Of a DNA stretch of 64,000 nucleotides, positions 10,301 to 19,167 are shown piece by piece. Position numbers and translations under genes: made by a program. Under the pieces are notes generated by a model, which made no database searches, was not told the origin of the DNA, and saw only the letters and a program-made list of their open reading frames with translations. How positions within the stretch are numbered: the stretch's first letter is position 1; every line of letters starts with the position of its first letter. Source of the DNA: an uncultured Gemmatimonadales bacterium (GTDB lineage Bacteria; Gemmatimonadota; Gemmatimonadetes; Gemmatimonadales; GWC2-71-9); assembly GCA_963795085.1 (NCBI GenBank), contig CAWCFX010000001.1:96001-160000 (forward strand), given 5' to 3'.

Positions 10301-11020
10301 GATTTCCTCGATGTTGGCAATCGAAGACCCGGGACTCATTCGGTATGCTGCGACCCTTGCCTCGATCGAAGCGACCGGGATACCCAGGCGCGCCAGCCGC
10401 TGCCAGAAGTCCCAGTCGGCGCATAAATGGTGTTCCGGGTCGAACCCGCCGAGCCGAGTGACCACATCGCGGCGCACGGCGCAGCTGTGGATGGCGAAGG
10501 GACAGAACCGGGCCACGACGGAAAAAAGGTCGGGAGATTCGAGCCGGAAACTGTCCTCCACGACGGTGCCGTCCTCGGCCACCCTGGCCCACCGGCCGCA
10601 GAGGACCCCGGCGTCCGGATGGGCCATGGCAGCCTGGCGGAAATGCTTCAGCGCACCCGGTTCAAGCCAGTCATCGGCATCCAGGAAGACAATCCATTCG
10701 CCCATCGCATGGGCCAGGCCGGTGTTTCGCGCCAGGGTCATTCCCTGTTTGCCGGGGGGCGGCATCTGGGCCAGCCGCTGGCCCTGCCCTCGCCGCAGCA
10801 GGCGAGACAGTCCGTCCAGCCAGCGAGGCCGCGGAGTCACCACCTTGATCCGCGCATCCCTGTTCGCGAACTGGCGCGCGACCTTCAGCGTCTCATCGGT
10901 GGAGCCATCGTTGACGACGATCGCCTCCCAGCCGGGAAACGCCTGTCCCAGCAGGGAGTCCAAAGCCGCACCCAGGGTGCCGGCGGCGTTGTACGCGGGG
11001 ATAATGATCGAGAAACTCAC
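7358..11020 (-). CDS. Trifunctional GT2 glycosyltransferase / NodS-like methyltransferase / NodB-like polysaccharide deacetylase
   Basis: SIIIPAYN, NDGSTD, FLDADD; DPWKY...ALELACAEG; ITFDDGY, FGSHTATH, AYPNG; GTG start overlaps upstream stop (GTGA). Confidence 0.9.
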   Translation of the reverse strand: MSFSIIIPAYNAAGTLGAALDSLLGQAFPGWEAIVVNDGSTDETLKVARQFANRDARIKVVTPRPRWLDGLSRLLRRGQGQRLAQMPPPGKQGMTLARNTGLAHAMGEWIVFLDADDWLEPGALKHFRQAAMAHPDAGVLCGRWARVAEDGTVVEDSFRLESPDLFSVVARFCPFAIHSCAVRRDVVTRLGGFDPEHHLCADWDFWQRLARLGIPVASIEARVAAYRMSPGSSIANIEEILVEGLEIIDRGHGPDTRVQDPDSRFAGGSPGKDKAGARLRFLSWQAALMIGSGGDATALLRHLVEGDRDPELKPSDVAATFHTAALVPLMLTPESWPEQWPRFAPPIESFLGALEARCGAPGLARRAMNTLEQLVIGNAARRPLTIGRRHAAVAEITEPVPDVRLSAEVERIACALTLQGEAVGEINLPVFAGEVPSYLLRDAIAGFHAWDILRAWFSVQVYPALSLTREGGITRVARGDLDLGDLAGDQPDSLPSALHDAVGWTIFLQELWGFPGWPMDRFYQAGDEDHDTPVPATGDIVLEIAAPVPAVSTENPIRVEWTLAGISMGLMTMEPVDGLVTAQRLRSAATQFLGFELARVAVREALVGQPLDNGESLRERLARLARPEPGEAATPEPAGSLVVPSGTRMAPRADRALTRALTQRPSMVLAGHRPGLPGTSVSRHARLPRESVTELEAAAIAAGEPFFRSEISPTGCVVYAPDLLWSRDEHHLSAGVAPPAVRRLADPGYDRHYFETVFLADSDPWKYTSAFERRKYEQALSLVPGTRPGRALELACAEGMFTRLLAPLVDQLVATDISAIALDRARTRCQHMENIEFLQHDFAADPFPGGYDLVVCSEALYYLRDIDALRELGRRVAEALVPGGFLLTTHSTAVVDDPGSTGLHWDVPFGAKVIGEVFAATPGLRLVTELRSPFYRVHLLQKASTTGDSTAENPAVEDVSAADLPPHLASRFLIGGGTVKHGGKPEALTYRLPILLYHQIAGDGPDSLARYRVTPEAFAEQMTYLHQAGFHTITLERWLQAMREYQPVPGRAVIITFDDGYGDFAARAWPVLEGFGFGAYVYLVTDRVGQQSTWTATYGGSAQLMDWEDITRLKSGGVAFGSHTATHPHLEALSPVEVVRELSRSKATLYQRLEGPVSSIAYPNGSEDQSIQHLAGACGYLFGLTCRDGLSSFTDSPLAFPRIEVKGGDSLEAFIARLGG

Positions 11021-12087
11021 GACACGACACGCTGGTAAAGCTGGTGAAACTGAGGTGCGATCCGGGACCAATCCAGCTGCTCGGCCCGCTGGCGTGCCAG
11101 CCGGGCCCGGCGATCCCGGTCGCCGGCGTCCTCCTGGAGCCGGCGAATCGCCCCAGCCAGGAGGTCGGGGTCGTTCCGCTCCAATAAAATGGCTTCGTCA
11201 CCCGGCAGATAGGTCCGCACCGAAGGCAGGTCCGTCGAAACGACGGGGAGGCCGCACCCGATGCCTTCCAGCAGCGCGTTGTTCGCGGTGGAGCCCGTTA
11301 CGGGGAGGAGGAGGGTATGGGCCGACTGGTAAAGTGTCACCAGCGCGTCATCGCTGACCCCGCGATGATGCTCCACGTTGGCCATGTGCTCGAGACCTGT
11401 GGTCCGCGCGGAGACAACGACAAACCGGATTGACCTGTCGGAACTCACCTGTTCCGCCACCCGGCCGATGGCCGCATAGTCGCGCAGGTAGTGTCCCACC
11501 GTGATACAGCGGAACACTTCGTCTCCAGCCGGCTTCCGGGGCGGGCGAAAGAAGTCCGTATCGATCCCGTGAAGGATGACGGCAATCCTCTCGGGCGGGA
11601 GCAACTCGTCGAAGAACGGTCGCTGCGCCGGGGAGACCAGGGTGACCGCGTCCAGCCGGGAGACGACTTCGCGGCGTACCAGGGAGGGCAGCAGGTCGGC
11701 GGGCTGGTGAAAGGAGGCGACGACCCGCGCGCGGCCCAGCGAGATGGCCCGGGTAATCCGGGGGAAGTACTGGGCCGAGTGCTCGCCGTCCAGGTAGTGA
11801 AGCAGGTCCAGCCGGCCCCTGGCCGCCAGGACGGTTACCCTTGCCTCCGCCGCGAGGTCGCTCAACTGATACCAGGCCATGCCCCGTCGCTGTACCAGCC
11901 GCCGAAGCGGGGTACGTATCCACGGCTTCCCAATGGGAAAATCGGTGTCCCCGTCGTTGACCAGGGCCTCGTCGATCCGGTAGCGGTCGGCGGGGAGGTA
12001 GCGGAGAAACTGGTGCATTCCCGTGTAACGGCCCCAATGGGGATAGCAGGTCCGGAGGATCTTCAACTGCAGGGGCCTATCGGGCAC
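11017..12087 (-). CDS. GT4 family glycosyltransferase
   Basis: HGIDTDFF, NNALLEGIGCGLPVVSTD. Confidence 0.85.
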   Translation of the reverse strand: MPDRPLQLKILRTCYPHWGRYTGMHQFLRYLPADRYRIDEALVNDGDTDFPIGKPWIRTPLRRLVQRRGMAWYQLSDLAAEARVTVLAARGRLDLLHYLDGEHSAQYFPRITRAISLGRARVVASFHQPADLLPSLVRREVVSRLDAVTLVSPAQRPFFDELLPPERIAVILHGIDTDFFRPPRKPAGDEVFRCITVGHYLRDYAAIGRVAEQVSSDRSIRFVVVSARTTGLEHMANVEHHRGVSDDALVTLYQSAHTLLLPVTGSTANNALLEGIGCGLPVVSTDLPSVRTYLPGDEAILLERNDPDLLAGAIRRLQEDAGDRDRRARLARQRAEQLDWSRIAPQFHQLYQRVVS

Positions 12088-13018
12088 GCAGCAACCCAAT
12101 CGTGTGCCCCAGGGCGATCCAGGCCCAGCACTTCCGGGCAAACCGCTCCGGGTCGGAGGTGGGCAGGAGGAGTTCCCTGACCTGGCGCGAGGTGATTAGG
12201 GCCGCACCCCGCCGCAGCGCGGAGCGCCGCCGGGCAGACCGGTCCATTCGCTCGTGCAGGATTTCCATGACCGCGTCGGACTCCCCCTGCCAGTAGAACC
12301 GGCTGATGAACCACCGCTTTTCCAGCCGGGATGTCGGGACCTGGTGGCGAACCGACGCCGCGGGGTGGTACAGGACCTGGTAGCCGGCTTCCATGATGAG
12401 CCGCTGGAGATAGACATCACCGCTGGAAAGCATGCGCTTCCCGGAGCGGTCCAGGGCAGGATGGAAGCCGCCGACCTCCTCAAGAACCCGTCGCGGGAAG
12501 GCGATGTTCACCCCGGCCAGCCACTCCTGGCGGAGATCGTCAATGACATGGGGTGTCGGGGACCAGTCCACGATGGTGAGGCTCAGGGCCACCTGGTCCG
12601 ACAGCCAGGGGGGACGCGGGGCGTGGAAGACGGGCTCCACCCGGCCGCCGACGCACCCCAACCGGGGAGTCCCGCCCCCGAAGGCGTCCATAATTTCGGA
12701 GGCCCAGGACGGGTCCGCGATCGCGTCGTCGTCCAGGTAGGCGACGATCTCGCCGGCGCTCGCCCGCCACCCCGTATTGCGTGCCTGGCACAGGCCCAGC
12801 TCCGGTTCGTGTACGTAGCGGATCGAGCGGTAGGCCTGCCATTCCTCGACCACCGCCGGAGTATTGTCCGTGGAGCGGTTGTCCACCACCAGAACCTCAA
12901 ACGACTCCCGGGACAGCGACTGCCGCACCAGGCTCTCGAGGGCCCGGCCCAGGTCGTCCGCACGGTTGTGGGTACAGATGACGACCGACAGGCGCGTTGC
13001 GGCGAGCCGGGTGCTCAC
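12077..13018 (-). CDS. GT2 family glycosyltransferase
   Basis: SVVICTHNR, VVDNRSTD, ARNTG, YLDDDA. Confidence 0.9.
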   Translation of the reverse strand: MSTRLAATRLSVVICTHNRADDLGRALESLVRQSLSRESFEVLVVDNRSTDNTPAVVEEWQAYRSIRYVHEPELGLCQARNTGWRASAGEIVAYLDDDAIADPSWASEIMDAFGGGTPRLGCVGGRVEPVFHAPRPPWLSDQVALSLTIVDWSPTPHVIDDLRQEWLAGVNIAFPRRVLEEVGGFHPALDRSGKRMLSSGDVYLQRLIMEAGYQVLYHPAASVRHQVPTSRLEKRWFISRFYWQGESDAVMEILHERMDRSARRRSALRRGAALITSRQVRELLLPTSDPERFARKCWAWIALGHTIGLLRAR

Positions 13019-15222
13019 GGAGTGGCCCCGGTCCGAGGCCAGCCAGTCAGGCGGCGGGTCTGGCGGTAAATCGCATGCTTGGTGAGCCAGAGAACCTTCC
13101 AGGTCGCCCGGGCAGGATGGCGGACGATTTCCCGCAACACCGCCATCCGCTGCGTTGATGGCAGGCGGAAAATGGTGGAGGGGCTCCCGGAGTGTTCCTT
13201 CGGGACCATGTTGATGCGGTGCCGCAGCCGGTCCCGCTCCGAGTCGAGCAGCAGCAACAGCGTCGATGCCGACCCGGCGAACTCGCGGGGCGTCCGATGC
13301 CACACCCGGGGCCACCCCTGCCAGTGCTCCGGGGTTCGCGGAGATCGGTCCCGCGGCTGCTCGACGAGTTGGCCGGGAAACGTGACGGCCTGCCACCCGG
13401 CGGCGATCACGGCGTTGACCAGTGCCCAGAGCCCATAGCCATGGGGCATGTCCGCGTCGATGCCGCCGACCTCGTCCAGCGCCCGGGCCCGAACCGCGAT
13501 CGCGGTGCCCGCCTGGTTGGACAGGAGTTGATAGGGAAAGTCGGGGCAGGGCCCGACCGTGGCGGGGTCGGGCGTGGAACCCCAGCAGCAAACCACGCCG
13601 ACCTCGGGGCAGCGCTCCAGCGTCTCCTGGTAGGTCTGGACCATCGTGGGGGCCGGAAGCGCCGCCTCATCGAGAAAGACGTAGCCGAGCGGACTTTCGC
13701 CGCGTGCGACGGCAATGCCGGCGCTCCGGGCATTATCCCCGACCGCCGCGTCGGTCCACTGGACCGGCATGCCGAGATCCGACTCGGCGGCCATTTCCTC
13801 CAGGCCCACCAGGATAACCCGGGCCGGTGCCCGAGACTGTTTCTTGAGCGCACTCCGCCAGTCCCCGCGAAACCCGTCCGGGCTGCGGACGAGGATGACC
13901 GCCATGCCCCCGTGGGAGCTGGCCCGGTCTCCGTCCGGGGGCCGCGGCACACCCCGGATACTGGTCGATCGGCGGGGAGGCAGCTTCGCAATCCGTCGCC
14001 GCACGTCGAGGTGTCGTTCCACAACGCGGTGGTCGGCGCAGGTTGCGGCGATCGACTCGGCAGCCCGGCGGCCCATGGTCTCGAGAGTAGCTGGGGGTGT
14101 GGCCAGGGCCCGCTCCAGCGCGAGGCTCAACAGTTCCGGGTCGGCCCGGTCGGCCAGCCACCCAGTCTCCCCGTCCACGACCATCTCCGCCATTCCCCCC
14201 TGTCGAGTGGCCACCACCGGCAGGCCGGATCCCATCGCCTCTACGCAGGTGTTGGGAAAATTCTCCCACCGGGAGGGGACCACCGCGATACGGGCCTGCG
14301 CCATGAAGTGTGGCAGTTCACTTCGGGGCTTTTCCCCGTAATAGGTAAACCGGGGGCGGAGTTTCGCCGGGATCAGGTCCCAGGCCGTCGCGACCACCGA
14401 CCGGCGGTCTGAGTAGGGAAGGTCGGCCCCGATGAACTCGAATCGAACGTCCGGGTGCCGGCGGGCGACCCGCACGGCCGCCGCCATCCATTCCAGCACG
14501 CCCTTCCGGGGCTCCATCCGGCCGACATACAGAATCGGACCCCGTTGCCAGACGTCGGGGCCCCGGGCCAGCGGCACGCTTCCCCCGAGCGGCAGCGGAA
14601 TGACCTCGACCGCGTCCCGGGCCAGCCCGTAGTGGCTCTCCGCAGCACGGGCAAGAAAGCGGCTGGGACACAGCCATCCGTCGGCGGCCGAGATCGAGTA
14701 GTCCTCCAGCCGCTTCGCGGTCAGGTAGTCGGGGCGGTCGGGATTCCAGTCGTTGTGGCGGACGATAAACTCGGTGGGCGAATGCAGGTGGATCACGCAG
14801 GGCGGGCGGCGCGCTGGCCCCTGCCCGAGGGCCCGGCGAAGCTGGAAATAGTAGAGAGGCGCCTCCCACTCCTGCGCCTCGATGAGGTCAATTCCCTCTT
14901 CCTGAACCAGGCGCTCCGCCAACAGGCTCGCGCGCCAGCCAAAGGCCTGAGGCGGGAAATTGGTGGCGAAGAGCGTTCGGGCCTGGCGGTCCCCGGGGTG
15001 GAGGTCCCGCGCGTCGGGCTCGAGCTGGACCCGGTGCACGATCAACCGGCCCTCGCAGGACTCCTCCCGGGCGGCCGGTGCCCCGGACCACCGCTGGCCG
15101 ATTACGTGCACCGTCTCGCCATGCTCGGCGAGGAGCCGCGCGATGTTCCGGGCGTAAGTACCGATGCCGCCGGCGGGATAGGGGACCGGCGGAAACTCCC
15201 GGCAGATCAGGAGATGCTTCAT
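13015..15222 (-). CDS. Two-domain glycosyltransferase: intact GT4 + degenerate GT2
   Basis: GGIGTY, YVGRMEPRKG, PSRWENFPNTCVEAMGSGLPVV; C-terminal GT2 lacks DDGS and DxD. Confidence 0.85.
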   Translation of the reverse strand: MKHLLICREFPPVPYPAGGIGTYARNIARLLAEHGETVHVIGQRWSGAPAAREESCEGRLIVHRVQLEPDARDLHPGDRQARTLFATNFPPQAFGWRASLLAERLVQEEGIDLIEAQEWEAPLYYFQLRRALGQGPARRPPCVIHLHSPTEFIVRHNDWNPDRPDYLTAKRLEDYSISAADGWLCPSRFLARAAESHYGLARDAVEVIPLPLGGSVPLARGPDVWQRGPILYVGRMEPRKGVLEWMAAAVRVARRHPDVRFEFIGADLPYSDRRSVVATAWDLIPAKLRPRFTYYGEKPRSELPHFMAQARIAVVPSRWENFPNTCVEAMGSGLPVVATRQGGMAEMVVDGETGWLADRADPELLSLALERALATPPATLETMGRRAAESIAATCADHRVVERHLDVRRRIAKLPPRRSTSIRGVPRPPDGDRASSHGGMAVILVRSPDGFRGDWRSALKKQSRAPARVILVGLEEMAAESDLGMPVQWTDAAVGDNARSAGIAVARGESPLGYVFLDEAALPAPTMVQTYQETLERCPEVGVVCCWGSTPDPATVGPCPDFPYQLLSNQAGTAIAVRARALDEVGGIDADMPHGYGLWALVNAVIAAGWQAVTFPGQLVEQPRDRSPRTPEHWQGWPRVWHRTPREFAGSASTLLLLLDSERDRLRHRINMVPKEHSGSPSTIFRLPSTQRMAVLREIVRHPARATWKVLWLTKHAIYRQTRRLTGWPRTGATP

Positions 15223-15243
15223 CTCAAGGTTCCCGGCGACACG

Positions 15244-17598
15244 TCACTTGGGCCTCCGTCCCAGTCTGCGCGCCGCGGTCGAGACCATCCCCCGCAGGCC
15301 GCGCATGACATTCTTCGCCTCCTCCGCTATCGGCGAGGCGGGCGGGGCATAGACCCGCTGCATCAGGCGGTGCTCCAGCTGGAGGGCGACCTCGACCGGG
15401 AACCGCGCCGCCGTGGCCCGGTGGCGGGCCAGCATGACTTCCCGCATGGCCTGGTTCTGGACGTCGGACATGGTGCGGTACAGGGAGTCGGCCCGCATCC
15501 GGTAGCGCTCGAGATACCGCGGGATCGTGACAATCGGATGCTCCTCGGCCAGCAGCCGGACGGCGAGCTCCCAGTCTTCGTAATTGTATCGCTGGGTTTC
15601 GTCATACCCACCCAGCGAACGCAGCAGGCTGGTCCGGACCAGGCAGGGGACGATGACCGTGTTCTCTACCAGCAGCAGCGGCAGTTCGGGCTGTGGAGCG
15701 TTCCAGAAGCCGGGGGGCAAGCCTTCCCCGAAACAGAGCGCCCAGCTGGCGACACCGCCCAGCCCGGGCCAGCGCGCGGCAAGGTCCAGGGCCAGGCGAT
15801 AGAACCCGGGTTCGATCAGGTCGTCGCCGTCCAGGAACGAGATATAGGCACCGGTCGCCGCCGCCAGGCCGGCGTTCCGGGCGGCGGCCAGCCCCCGGTT
15901 GGCCTGGCGGACCACCCGGAGCGGTGCGACCAGGCGCCGGCTGGTTTCCTCGAGCGCGGCCAGCTGCGTCAGCGTCACGGGGTCGCTCGACCCGTCGTCG
16001 ATCACGATGACCTCGTCGGGGACCCGGTCGCTCTGCCAGACCGAGATGACGGTCTCGGTGATCAGGAGGCCCATGTTGTGGCACACCACGACGACCGTCA
16101 GGGTCGGCGACGGAGGCTCCGATACCAGGGAAGGCGCCGCCGCCGTTTCCCGGAGCGGTCGTGTCCGGTCGAGGAACATCCGGGCTACCTGGTCGAGCGG
16201 CTGACGTGAGACCTGGCCCGAGAGCAGGCGGTCGAGCGATTCGGTCATTTCGTCCAGCGTCCGGGCCCGGGCGGCGGTCGTTTCGGGTGAGACGATGCCG
16301 CTGCACACATGCCGCCGCAAGGCGTCGAGGTCCCCCGCTGGGCGGGCGGCCAGTGCCAGCATCGCCTGGCCCAATCCGGCCGGGGTCAGCGGCTCTCCCA
16401 GCAGGATCTCTCCGGGCGGGGCCCAGCCCGGTGCCATACCCTCGAGGGCGGATGCCGAGAGCAGGGGGAGACTCCCCCGCGCAGCGGCCAGCCAGGGCGA
16501 GGGCAGGTGCTCGAAGTGGCTGGGATAGAGCCGAATCGGGAGTACCCCGGGCCCCTCATCGGGGGCGGTCCACGACCAGTATCGGTCCGCGATCAAGTCG
16601 GCGACGAAGCCCCGGCTCGACCAGTACTCCCGGAACTCCCTCGGCTTGGCCGGCCCGAACCGGACCGGGGGGCCATGACAGCGGATCGGCGCTGGCAGGG
16701 ATGCTCCCTGGCGCCGGAGATGAGCGGCCGCATCGAGCGCGGTGAGCACGCCGGACGCGGCGTCCTGGGGTTCCTCCAGGAAAAAATTCACCGTTTCAGG
16801 CTCTGGCCGGGCCCGTCCGGACTGCTCGATCCGGCCCAGGACATCGTCGGGGATCCAGCGCGGCGCCGACACCGTCGGGGGAGCGGAAGGAAGGCGTCCA
16901 TCCAGCGCGAGCCGGGTTCCCTGCGGTCCGAACACAAAGGCTTCGTCCGCGAGCCCGAGCGACACGTCTTCCATCTGACGGCGGGTGATAGCAGGCCGGG
17001 TCCAGAGGCCTTCCTCATTCCGGCCGTGGCGCTGGCGGGACGAGCCGGTTACGACGACCCCGAAGGCTACGTCGGCCAGGCGGCTGTCCCCGCATTCCCT
17101 GATCATCTGAGCCTGGTAGCCGCACCCTCCCCAGGAGGGCACGAGAACCGCCTGGAAGGGATCCTCGTCGCGAAGCTGCTCCAGGTACTGCCAAAGCACG
17201 TAGGAGAGCAGGAAGAGTGGGTCGCTCTCCGCGAGGAGGCCGTACATCATGGGACTGGGCCCGCGGGACAGCAGCGGTTGTCCATGGTCGGGGTCCGTCA
17301 CGGGAATCGGGCGCCAGGTGATTCCGTCGGCCGGGTCCGCGGCGGGCGCGGGCCCGGGAGGCGCCAGGGCACGCGTGGCCGGAAAGGGAATCCAGTCGAA
17401 GAACGATCCGGGCCGCGCTTCATATCGCAGCCAGTCGTCCCAGGTGAGAACGGTAATCCTTGCGTCCAGAGACCGGGCGATCGCCTCAACGGGCAGGCCC
17501 AGCGCCCGGGCCGAGGCGCGCTCCGCCGGGTCACCCGAGAGCAACTCCAGGATTCCATCATACGCCTCGACCACCACGAGATGTCGCGATCCGGTCAT
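15244..17598 (-). CDS. Two-domain glycosyltransferase: degenerate GT4-like + intact GT2
   Basis: C-terminal IDDGSSD, ARNAG, FLDGDD, YEDWE; N-terminus aligns by eye with the GT4 domain of the neighbour. Confidence 0.82.
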   Translation of the reverse strand: MTGSRHLVVVEAYDGILELLSGDPAERASARALGLPVEAIARSLDARITVLTWDDWLRYEARPGSFFDWIPFPATRALAPPGPAPAADPADGITWRPIPVTDPDHGQPLLSRGPSPMMYGLLAESDPLFLLSYVLWQYLEQLRDEDPFQAVLVPSWGGCGYQAQMIRECGDSRLADVAFGVVVTGSSRQRHGRNEEGLWTRPAITRRQMEDVSLGLADEAFVFGPQGTRLALDGRLPSAPPTVSAPRWIPDDVLGRIEQSGRARPEPETVNFFLEEPQDAASGVLTALDAAAHLRRQGASLPAPIRCHGPPVRFGPAKPREFREYWSSRGFVADLIADRYWSWTAPDEGPGVLPIRLYPSHFEHLPSPWLAAARGSLPLLSASALEGMAPGWAPPGEILLGEPLTPAGLGQAMLALAARPAGDLDALRRHVCSGIVSPETTAARARTLDEMTESLDRLLSGQVSRQPLDQVARMFLDRTRPLRETAAAPSLVSEPPSPTLTVVVVCHNMGLLITETVISVWQSDRVPDEVIVIDDGSSDPVTLTQLAALEETSRRLVAPLRVVRQANRGLAAARNAGLAAATGAYISFLDGDDLIEPGFYRLALDLAARWPGLGGVASWALCFGEGLPPGFWNAPQPELPLLLVENTVIVPCLVRTSLLRSLGGYDETQRYNYEDWELAVRLLAEEHPIVTIPRYLERYRMRADSLYRTMSDVQNQAMREVMLARHRATAARFPVEVALQLEHRLMQRVYAPPASPIAEEAKNVMRGLRGMVSTAARRLGRRPK

Positions 17599-18350
17599 AT
17601 CTTTACGCTGCCCAGGTAGGCCTCGATGACTTCGTTGGTCGGGCCGTCCAACTGGACCTTGCCCCGGTCGAGCCATACCGCGCGGGTGCAGAGGGAGCGA
17701 ATGGCGGCCATGTCGTGCGAGACAGTCACCAGGGTACGGCCGGAGCGGCGGAATTCCTGCAGCCGGTCGAGGCAGCGTTGCCGGAAGGCCTGGTCGCCGA
17801 CCGCGAGCACCTCGTCGAGCAGCAGGATGTCAGGCTCCGCGCACACGGCCACGGCAAACGCGAGCCTGGCCAGCATGCCCGAGGAGTAATACTTCACCGG
17901 TTCGCTGATGAAGTCCCCGATTTCCGCGAAGGCTACGATCCTCGGGAAAGCGGCGTCGATGTCGGCCGCGGCGAATCCCAGGACCGAGGAGTAGAGCCGG
18001 ACGTTCTCGACGCCGGTCAGTTCGGGGTTAAACCCGGAGCCGAGCTCGATGACCGCGGTGGTTCGCCCGGTGGTCTCCACGGACCCTTCGGAGGGCTCGT
18101 AGATGCCGGCGATCAGCCGGAGCGCGGTGCTCTTGCCCGATCCGTTGGTGCCGATCAGGGCGACGCTTTCCCCTGACTGGATGTCGAGGTCGAGGCCGCT
18201 CAGGGTGAACTCCGGATACCGGACGGTGGTTGGCCGCCGGCGAACGCTCCGGATGAAGAATTCCCGCAGGGTCCGGGTACGATGCTCGTACCGGTAGAAC
18301 CGCTTGACCACGCCGCGGCAGGAAATGGCCGTGCTAGACGAGTTCGACAA
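17595..18350 (-). CDS. wzt: Polysaccharide ABC exporter, ATP-binding subunit
   Basis: GTNGSGKST, YSSGMLARLAF, ILLLDEVLAVGD, VSH. Confidence 0.92.
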   Translation of the reverse strand: MSNSSSTAISCRGVVKRFYRYEHRTRTLREFFIRSVRRRPTTVRYPEFTLSGLDLDIQSGESVALIGTNGSGKSTALRLIAGIYEPSEGSVETTGRTTAVIELGSGFNPELTGVENVRLYSSVLGFAAADIDAAFPRIVAFAEIGDFISEPVKYYSSGMLARLAFAVAVCAEPDILLLDEVLAVGDQAFRQRCLDRLQEFRRSGRTLVTVSHDMAAIRSLCTRAVWLDRGKVQLDGPTNEVIEAYLGSVKI

Positions 18351-19167
18351 GAATCGGCTTGAAGCGGTTGAACAGCCGGTATCCCACCACCCAGAGGACG
18401 ATCGCGGCGCTGCCGAGACCGGCCAGGTGCGCCACCGACGGGAATACTCCCTCGTAGAGCACCGTGTGATACGCGGTAAGGAGCCCGGCGATAGGATTGA
18501 GGTAATAGATCGGCGTGAGGGATTCCGGCACCAGCGTCGCCGGATAGAAGACCGGGGAGAGGTAGAACAGCATCAGCAGGAGAACGGGAATCACGTGCTG
18601 CACGTCGTTGTAGAAGCCGGCCAGCGTGGCCACGCACAGGGCCAGCCCGGTAACGATCAGGACCTGGAGGACCAGGAGCAGGGGGAGCACCAGGTAGGAG
18701 GCGGGCACACCCCGGTGATAAAAGAAGATGAGGCCGAGCAGGGCCAGCACCAGTTCAACCGAGAACTCGACGAGGCGACTGCCGGTGGCGGCGAACAGGG
18801 GGATTTCCAGTGGAAAGGCCACGCTCCGGCGCAGGGTGGCGTGCTCCACCAGGAAGGTCGTGCTGGTGGTGATCATCTGCATCGCGAAGTTCCAGACGAA
18901 ATACCCACTCAGGAGAAAGGCCCAGTAGCCGGGGACCTGGATCTTTATGACGTAACTGAACACGATGACGAGCACCGCCACCGTCAGGAGGGGGTTGAGC
19001 AGGGTCCACACGAACCCCAGGGCGGATCGCTGGTATTTGACCTTGAGGTTCCGCACGACGAGGCTGCGGAGGAGTTCCCGGTAGCGCCAGAGTTCGGCCA
19101 GGGAACCGCGCTCCCGCCCGGCGATCCTTCGCACCGTCGGCTTGCCGGTTTGCGGAAGACTGGTCAT
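18334..19167 (-). CDS. wzm: Polysaccharide ABC exporter, permease
   Basis: ELWRYRELL, KVKYQRSALGFVWTLLNPL, SPVFYP, LNPI. Confidence 0.92.
   Translation of the reverse strand: MTSLPQTGKPTVRRIAGRERGSLAELWRYRELLRSLVVRNLKVKYQRSALGFVWTLLNPLLTVAVLVIVFSYVIKIQVPGYWAFLLSGYFVWNFAMQMITTSTTFLVEHATLRRSVAFPLEIPLFAATGSRLVEFSVELVLALLGLIFFYHRGVPASYLVLPLLLVLQVLIVTGLALCVATLAGFYNDVQHVIPVLLLMLFYLSPVFYPATLVPESLTPIYYLNPIAGLLTAYHTVLYEGVFPSVAHLAGLGSAAIVLWVVGYRLFNRFKPILVELV

Noticed and set aside
7358..11020. Nod-factor synthesis
   Set aside because: No nodA and no NodC-type processive membrane synthase; the context is surface-glycan export.
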